Below, piece by piece: positions 35,294 to 41,205 of a stretch of 44,029 nucleotides of DNA (within the stretch, counting starts at the first letter, position 1; the number at the start of each line of letters is the position of its first letter). Below the pieces are notes generated by a model that was not told the origin of the DNA, searched no databases, and worked only from the letters and a program-made list of their open reading frames with translations. Origin of the DNA: an uncultured Candidatus Saccharibacteria bacterium (GTDB lineage: Bacteria > Patescibacteriota > Doudnabacteria > UBA920); the NCBI GenBank assembly GCA_964416765.1, contig CAYQEU010000002.1, forward strand, positions 144,877 through 188,905, in the 5' to 3' direction. The position numbers were made by a program, and so were the translations under genes.

Positions 35294-36397
35294 ATGAAAC
35301 CAAAACAAATTCACCATAAAATTGCTTGGGTAACGGCCACTATAATGATGGCGTCCGTTTTGCTCATGCCTTTCTCTGAGGCCCATGCCGCCCAGATCAC
35401 CAGCCTTTCCGATACTCTTTCCCGTTTAAAGGATTCGGTGAACGCCAACCATGAGTTATTTATGGTTTTGCCTGGCGGTATTGCCGCCGGTAAGGCCCTG
35501 ACCCTTACCTTTTCGGGTTTTGTGGGTTCCAGCGTAAACGCCATCGTGTTTGGCGACGTGGACTTCGCTACCGGCAGCTCGGGCACCTGTTCCAGCGCCA
35601 CCTACACTGAGCAAACCCTTGCCGGTTCTCCCTCGGGTGCCACTTGGGGTGTTTCTGCGGGTTCATCCGCGATTGTAATTACCTCCGGTACTGGTACTTC
35701 TACAGCCGGTAACTGTGTCCGCGTCAGGATTGGTACCAACGCCACCACTGGTGGAACCGGTACCCACCAAATTACCAATGGAACCGCTGCCACTGACCAT
35801 ACCGTTGTAGCTTCCACCAACATTACTTCACCGGATTCCGGCACCTTGGATATTGATATCATCACCGATGACCAAGTTACCATTTCCGCTACCGTAACCC
35901 CGACCATTACTTTCACTATCGACACGAACTCAATTAGCTTTGGTACTTTGAGCTCCTCGACCGGGCGATGGGCCACTTCCGGCGGCGGCGCTAACGCTAC
36001 CGCGGCCACCCTCCCAAGCGCTGGCAACACCTTAACAGTTGCCACCAACGCGGCGAGCGGGTATGTCCTTACTTATAACGGCGCGACCCTGACTTCAGGT
36101 GGTGGCGCTACCATTACCGCGACTTCCATTTCCAGCGATAGCGACGGTGCACCGGGTAGTTCACAGTTCGCCATGACGGCAAGTACTAGCGGTGCTGGTT
36201 CGGTAACTGCCGGTTATGCCCGCAGCACTAACAGTAGCTGGAACTTTGTCCCCTCGACCACTACCACTTTACTTACCAACGGTGCGCCAACCAACACTGA
36301 AACCATTACTATTTCCTACTTGGCAAACATTCCGGGTGCCCAGGCTGCCGGTGCGTACTCAACAACCCTTACTTACATAGCCACTGGAACATTCTAG
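35294..36397 (+). CDS. secreted Thr/Ser/Gly-rich beta protein with a WxL/pilin-like C-terminal domain
   Basis: Signal peptide ending AHA; Cys pair; C-terminal domain SISFGTL...TLTVATNAASGY...GAYSTTLTYIATGTF; no membrane anchor. The CDS is secure; the family label is inference. Confidence 0.75.
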   Translation: MKPKQIHHKIAWVTATIMMASVLLMPFSEAHAAQITSLSDTLSRLKDSVNANHELFMVLPGGIAAGKALTLTFSGFVGSSVNAIVFGDVDFATGSSGTCSSATYTEQTLAGSPSGATWGVSAGSSAIVITSGTGTSTAGNCVRVRIGTNATTGGTGTHQITNGTAATDHTVVASTNITSPDSGTLDIDIITDDQVTISATVTPTITFTIDTNSISFGTLSSSTGRWATSGGGANATAATLPSAGNTLTVATNAASGYVLTYNGATLTSGGGATITATSISSDSDGAPGSSQFAMTASTSGAGSVTAGYARSTNSSWNFVPSTTTTLLTNGAPTNTETITISYLANIPGAQAAGAYSTTLTYIATGTF

Positions 36398-36402
36398 CAA
36401 CG

Positions 36403-37449
36403 ATGCAATTTAATAGTGCCTTTCGTAAATCCTTACACCTAAACACATCAGTTTTTACTGGTGTGTTTGTTTTTTGCGCTTTATTTATTGGGCTTTTTGC
36501 CCAATCGGCCCAGGCTCTCACCGTGAACCCGCGCCTGGAATACGACGCTGACCCGGGTTCGACTATCCATTCCACCATCCAGATCCTCAATGATGAGCGA
36601 CAGACCCGTACGTTCTACCTACGCAGTGAAAACTTCAATTCTGAAGACGAAGCAGGTACCCCAAGCTTTACCACTCGTCAGGAAGATCTGGCTACCTGGA
36701 TTAAGACCTCGGACGTTATCACGCTGGGACCGGGTCAGGCCATGAACTTGCCTCTTGAAATCGCGGTGCCGAAAAACGCGGAACCCGGCGGGCATTATGC
36801 CGCGGTATTTTTCCTGAGTCAGCCGCCTACGTCCGACAAGTCACAAAGCGATGTGGGAATTGAATCCCGCCTCGGCAGCCTGATTTTGCTCCGTGTCAGC
36901 GGGGATTTTGTTCAGGACGCTAGCATTTTGGAATTTAACACTACCGGTGGCAAAAAGTTTTTTACCGGTTTGCCCATCCAGTTTTACTACCGGTTCCAAA
37001 ACACTGGTGACGACCATCAAAAGCCGCTCGGTGATATTGTAATCAAAGATATTTTTGGCCGAACCGTAAAAATAATTCCGGCCAATACCAATGACGGAAG
37101 TGTTTTGCCAAAAAGCATCCGCCGGTTTGTCTCGGTCTGGACGGAGCGCAAAGGCCCGCTAAACCAGGGGGCTGTCATGGACATGCCAGAAACTCCAAAG
37201 CTTAAATTTTGGGACGCCGCGAAATACGAATGGCATAATTTCGCTTTCGGCCGTTATACCGCCACGCTCAAAGTGGTTTATGGAACTAAACAGCTAAAGA
37301 GCGACCGCGCTGAGATGGTGTTTTACATCATTCCCTGGCAACTTCTATGCATTCTCATACCGGCAGGTTTGATCCTGCTGGTACTCCTTCGTTACGGAAT
37401 CAAGTACTACAACCGTTATATCGTCAGTCGTTCCCAGCGCGGAAAATAG
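36403..37449 (+). CDS. DUF916/DUF3324 (WxLIP)-like membrane-anchored protein 1
   Basis: Signal peptide; VPKNAEPGGHYAAVF, FQNTG....PLGDI, VLPKSIRRF, FGRYTA; C-terminal TM and basic tail. Confidence 0.75.
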   Translation: MQFNSAFRKSLHLNTSVFTGVFVFCALFIGLFAQSAQALTVNPRLEYDADPGSTIHSTIQILNDERQTRTFYLRSENFNSEDEAGTPSFTTRQEDLATWIKTSDVITLGPGQAMNLPLEIAVPKNAEPGGHYAAVFFLSQPPTSDKSQSDVGIESRLGSLILLRVSGDFVQDASILEFNTTGGKKFFTGLPIQFYYRFQNTGDDHQKPLGDIVIKDIFGRTVKIIPANTNDGSVLPKSIRRFVSVWTERKGPLNQGAVMDMPETPKLKFWDAAKYEWHNFAFGRYTATLKVVYGTKQLKSDRAEMVFYIIPWQLLCILIPAGLILLVLLRYGIKYYNRYIVSRSQRGK

Positions 37450-37460
37450 CCGCCGCGGCG

Positions 37461-37469
37461 TGATATAAT
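37461..37469 (+). promoter_or_regulatory. internal extended -10 promoter, probable leaderless transcript
   Basis: TG-A-TATAAT, then 6 nt (GACATT), then ATG 37476. Confidence 0.65.
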
Positions 37470-37475
37470 GACATT

Positions 37476-38594
37476 ATGAAAACAAAGGTTTTTGCTCGTG
37501 TTTTAATAATGATTATGGCGCTGTCCATCCCGGGCATCGCGCTTGCGCAAACCCTCTCGAGCCCTAATTATAAAATTGAAGATCCGACCATAGACACCGG
37601 GGGCGGGGAACTTTCCAACTCCGCCAACTTCCAGTCGCGTGGTTCCCTCGGGGATGTCGCTGACGACGGCAGCAACTCCAGCTTGTTCAAAGTATTCGCC
37701 GGATTTTTCTTGCCCGCCTACCCGGGAATACCCGGTACCCCGACTCTGACCAATACCGGTGGCACGCTATATAACTCCCTCGATTTCGTGGTCAACAAAG
37801 GCAACGGCCAGCAGGATGACACGACTTACGCTATCGCGATTTCATCCGATAACTTTGCCACTACCTACTTCATCCAGAACGACGATACTCTGGGCACCAG
37901 CGAAGCATGGCAGACCTACACCAACTGGGGCGGTGTTAGCGGCGAGCGAGTGACTGGCCTTTCTCCCAGCACTACATACAAGATCAAAGTGAAAGCCAGC
38001 TTCGGCAGCGGCAGTAACGCGGCCGATTCTGAAACTGGTTATTCCGACGTTGCCACCGCCACAACCGCGGCTCCCAACCTGGTCATTGTTTTCTCGGGAG
38101 TCTCCAGCGGGACCACCATTGGCGGGGTGACCACCACGACTACTTCCAGCACCAACTCGATTAGCTACGGCGCGCTATCAATTAACTCACCCTTAACTTC
38201 AGCCCACCAAGTTACGGTTACCACTAATGCCGTGGCCGGCTACACCACGACCCTACAGGATGACGGCGAACTCCGTACTACTGGAGGTTCCCAGATTAAC
38301 CCGATTACATCCTCTAACGCGTCACCAGGTACATGGAATGCGGCCGGTACCGTTACCTCGGGACGGTTCGGTTACCACACCACAGACGCGACTCTTTGCA
38401 CGGGTACAGGCGGTCGTTTTTCTTCCAATGACACTTACGCCGCCATGACCACGTCCCCGCTGGAAGTTGCTTGCAACACTGGCCCGGTCACCAGCGAAAC
38501 CACGACCGTGATTTTTAAGCTTGAAATTGGCAGCCTTCAGGCTAACGGCAGCTATGCCAACATTGCTACTTACATAACAACCGCGCAGTTTTAA
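37476..38594 (+). CDS. secreted protein with an FN3-like segment and a WxL/pilin-like C-terminal domain
   Basis: Signal peptide ending ALA; GLSPSTTYKIKVKA (FN3-like); C-terminal SISYGAL...VTVTTNAVAGY...GSYANIATYITTAQF, paralogous to 35294..36397. Confidence 0.75.
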   Translation: MKTKVFARVLIMIMALSIPGIALAQTLSSPNYKIEDPTIDTGGGELSNSANFQSRGSLGDVADDGSNSSLFKVFAGFFLPAYPGIPGTPTLTNTGGTLYNSLDFVVNKGNGQQDDTTYAIAISSDNFATTYFIQNDDTLGTSEAWQTYTNWGGVSGERVTGLSPSTTYKIKVKASFGSGSNAADSETGYSDVATATTAAPNLVIVFSGVSSGTTIGGVTTTTTSSTNSISYGALSINSPLTSAHQVTVTTNAVAGYTTTLQDDGELRTTGGSQINPITSSNASPGTWNAAGTVTSGRFGYHTTDATLCTGTGGRFSSNDTYAAMTTSPLEVACNTGPVTSETTTVIFKLEIGSLQANGSYANIATYITTAQF

Positions 38595-39583
38595 TGAAAA
38601 AATATATACTCAGCTTAATTGGTTTGCTTGCGGTATGCGTCGCGCCTTTTTCTTACGCCGCCCCAGCCCGGAGCCAGTCCGCTGACCAAACTTCGACACC
38701 GCAGGTTCTACAAGTTCATGGTTTGGGGATCGACCCGTTTCTCATTGAAGCGGATGTTGTTGCGGGACAGGCCAGCGAGTACACAATTACCCTCACCAAC
38801 ACCACGGACCAACCGCTTAGTTTTGAAACCAGCATCAATGACTTCACTACCAATGGCACCAGCGGCCAGCCGCTGTTTCTTCCCAGCGACAAACAAAGTG
38901 ATCCCAAGTATTCGCTAAGCGCTTGGGTTAAGGTTACTGAGCAGCCTCAGTTCACCATTGCACCCCGAGCGCAAACCAAGATCAAATTCACTATTACCCC
39001 GCCGAGCGACGCCGAAGTGGGAACCCACTATGGGGGATTGCTGTTTGGCCAGCCGGAACGGCGCGCTCAGGCCGGACAGGAAACAGTAGTGCAAAACAAA
39101 GTTGGAACCATCATTTTGGCGCGGCTCGGGAAAGCCAACGAGCAGGGGACCATCAGCGGCATTACCACGGACAAGCGCGTCTACCAGCAGTCGCCCATAA
39201 ATTTCACGGTAACATTCAACAACTACGGGAACGTTCATAGCAAGCCCAAAGGCGACATTTACCTAAAAAATATTTTTGGCCAGGAAGTAGCGGACCTTCA
39301 GGTTAACCGGGACGCCCAGATTATCTTACCGGCCACCCAACGCTCTTTTGACGTTTCTTGGCGGCCGCAACTTGCCTTTGGAAGGTACACCGCCGAAGCA
39401 GTGATGTATTTCGGAAACCCGAAACTGGAGACCCGCGCCACCGTGTCTTTTTGGGTTATTCCGGTGCGTTCACTCCTAATTTTGGCCGGTTCTGCGCTCA
39501 TAGCGCTTTTGTTCCTTTATGTTATAATTAAGCGGTATAATAGGTTCATTATTAACCGGTCCCGCTCCCGTAAAAGCGAGTAA
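38594..39583 (+). CDS. DUF916/DUF3324 (WxLIP)-like membrane-anchored protein 2
   Basis: PPSDAEVGTHYGGLLF, FNNYGNVHSKPKGDI, ILPATQRSF, FGRYTA; C-terminal TM and basic tail; TAATG overlap with the upstream gene. Confidence 0.75.
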   Translation: MKKYILSLIGLLAVCVAPFSYAAPARSQSADQTSTPQVLQVHGLGIDPFLIEADVVAGQASEYTITLTNTTDQPLSFETSINDFTTNGTSGQPLFLPSDKQSDPKYSLSAWVKVTEQPQFTIAPRAQTKIKFTITPPSDAEVGTHYGGLLFGQPERRAQAGQETVVQNKVGTIILARLGKANEQGTISGITTDKRVYQQSPINFTVTFNNYGNVHSKPKGDIYLKNIFGQEVADLQVNRDAQIILPATQRSFDVSWRPQLAFGRYTAEAVMYFGNPKLETRATVSFWVIPVRSLLILAGSALIALLFLYVIIKRYNRFIINRSRSRKSE

Positions 39584-39589
39584 ATAAAT

Positions 39590-40609
39590 ATGAAAAGACT
39601 TTTTCTCCGGTATAGGGCCCTGGTAGGTTTGATTTTTACCGCTTCAGCCCTTCTCTTTCCTTCACATTTAGCCCACGCTACCACCATGTCTCCAACCCGT
39701 TTGGAGCTTGATGGCGACCCGGGCAAGACCGCGCAAACCACCATCACTGTATATAATGATGAGAAGGTTACGCGGACTTTTTATATCAGCGCGGTTCGGT
39801 TTGAAACAAAGAATGAAACTGGCGAACCGGACTTTGTTTTGGATGACAAGACAGGCTTGGTCAGTTGGATGCATTTGCCGAACACTATTCAGGTTGCCCC
39901 TCTGACGTATTACGATATCAACATCCCGATTGAAGTACCCAAGAACGCCGCGCCGGGCGGTTATTTCGCCGCCGTGTTTGCCAGCATCATCCCGCCGGGA
40001 GCCCAAGGCAATACCCCGGTATCGCTTAAGACGGATGTGGGCACTCTCGTACTGTTCCGCGTCAATGGAGATTTCGCGAAAGAAGATTCACTGCTCGAAT
40101 TTGATACCCTTAACCACAAGTATTGGTACGCCAACTTGCCGGTGGAATTCTATTTCAGGTTCCAAAACTCCGGAGCCGACCGGGCACAGCCGCTTGGTGA
40201 TATCACAATCCATAATTTGCTGGGTGGAATCGCCAAAATTATTACTGCCAATAAAGGTGCGGGCAATGTATTGCCTCAGAGTATTCGCCGGTTTGAGAGC
40301 GCGTGGGTAAACAGCGGGGGAGACCGGGTGGAACAGCATGTTGGAAAAGTGGAATACCCGCAGTTTAACGGCTATTGGTCCCACGTAAAATATGAATGGC
40401 AGAATTTCGCGTTCGGTCGTTACAGTGCCGACCTGCGAGTGACCATTAACAATGATTCCAGCCGCACTCACGCCAAAAGCATTGTCTTTTGGGTGGTGCC
40501 GTGGCATTTGCTCCTGTTAATTCTTGCCGGACTGGCCGTGCTATTCGTGGCGGCTGTTTTGGTAGCCCTTATCGTGCTTCGCCTGTTTGGTGGGGGACGC
40601 CGCCGGTAG
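39590..40609 (+). CDS. DUF916/DUF3324 (WxLIP)-like membrane-anchored protein 3
   Basis: VPKNAAPGGYFAAVF, FQNSG...QPLGDI, VLPQSIRRF, FGRYSA, FWVVPW; C-terminal TM and RRR tail. Confidence 0.75.
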   Translation: MKRLFLRYRALVGLIFTASALLFPSHLAHATTMSPTRLELDGDPGKTAQTTITVYNDEKVTRTFYISAVRFETKNETGEPDFVLDDKTGLVSWMHLPNTIQVAPLTYYDINIPIEVPKNAAPGGYFAAVFASIIPPGAQGNTPVSLKTDVGTLVLFRVNGDFAKEDSLLEFDTLNHKYWYANLPVEFYFRFQNSGADRAQPLGDITIHNLLGGIAKIITANKGAGNVLPQSIRRFESAWVNSGGDRVEQHVGKVEYPQFNGYWSHVKYEWQNFAFGRYSADLRVTINNDSSRTHAKSIVFWVVPWHLLLLILAGLAVLFVAAVLVALIVLRLFGGGRRR

Positions 40610-40645
40610 AGTAGATAGAGCAAAAGCCTAATATTTAAGTAAGCG

Positions 40646-40673
40646 ATAGGGCCCTGTGTCGGGCCCTATTTTT
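40646..40673 (+). terminator. terminator of the WxL-like cluster
   Basis: ATAGGGCCC-tgtgtc-GGGCCCTAT then TTTT. Confidence 0.8.
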
Positions 40674-40674
40674 G

Positions 40675-40703
40675 TTGACATTTTGGTCAATTTCTGCTAT
40701 ACT
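40675..40703 (+). promoter_or_regulatory. sigma70 promoter of the HTH / giant-protein unit
   Basis: TTGACA (40675-80), 17 bp, TATACT (40698-703), with an extended TG. Confidence 0.8.
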
Positions 40704-40716
40704 ATAAATAAGGTAA

Positions 40717-40752
40717 GTTTTGTTAAGTTAAATTACATTAACTTAACAAAAC
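40717..40752. repeat. perfect 15-bp inverted repeat just downstream of the promoter (operator or leader hairpin)
   Basis: GTTTTGTTAAGTTAA-attaca-TTAACTTAACAAAAC. Confidence 0.8.
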
Positions 40753-40923
40753 CCAACAAAAAAGTCGAAACAAAAACACAATTTAAGCCCTATTTGCCGA
40801 AAGTACCAAAATTAGTACTTTAAGCAACAAAACAAAGGCTTAACATAAGCTTTTTCTGTTTTTAGGCCCAAAATCAGCCTAGGAATGCAAAGGCAAAACA
40901 AAAATAAAATTAAAACCAAAGAT

Positions 40924-41142
40924 ATGCAATACGAACCCGATTTTTCGGAATTGCTAACGATCAAAGAGGCTGCCAAGCTGATCAACGTCCACCCGAACAC
41001 CCTGCGCAACTGGGAGCGGGAAGGGAAGATTCAGGCTGTCCGCATTGGCACGCGTCGTGATCGCCGCTACCCGAAAAGCCTCATTTGGCAGTTAGTCAGC
41101 ATGCCGGTAATGGTGCCGGTACAACCGAACCTCGCAGTCTAA
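40924..41142 (+). CDS. small stand-alone MerR/excisionase-type HTH DNA-binding protein (72 aa)
   Basis: LLTIKEAAKLINVHPNTLRNWEREGKIQAVRIGTRRDRRY. Start taken at 40924. Confidence 0.85.
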   Translation: MQYEPDFSELLTIKEAAKLINVHPNTLRNWEREGKIQAVRIGTRRDRRYPKSLIWQLVSMPVMVPVQPNLAV

Positions 41143-41163
41143 AGACTGGTAGGTTTTTTGTTT
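41128..41163 (+). terminator. terminator/attenuator-like hairpin with the HTH stop codon in its loop
   Basis: AACCT-cg-CAGTC-taaa-GACTG-gt-AGGTT followed by TTTTGTTT. Confidence 0.5.
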
Positions 41164-41205
41164 GCGCTCAAAACCGGCGCGTAAGAAATAAAAATAAAAT
41201 TTGAG

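Noticed and set aside
40610-40920. c-di-GMP or other known riboswitch in the long leader before the HTH gene
   Set aside because: No GEMM-type motifs recognised; the region is explained by a terminator, promoter, inverted repeat and A-tracts
40924-41142. HTH as evidence of a prophage or IS607 element
   Set aside because: No integrase, serine recombinase, TnpB, att-like repeats or phage genes nearby
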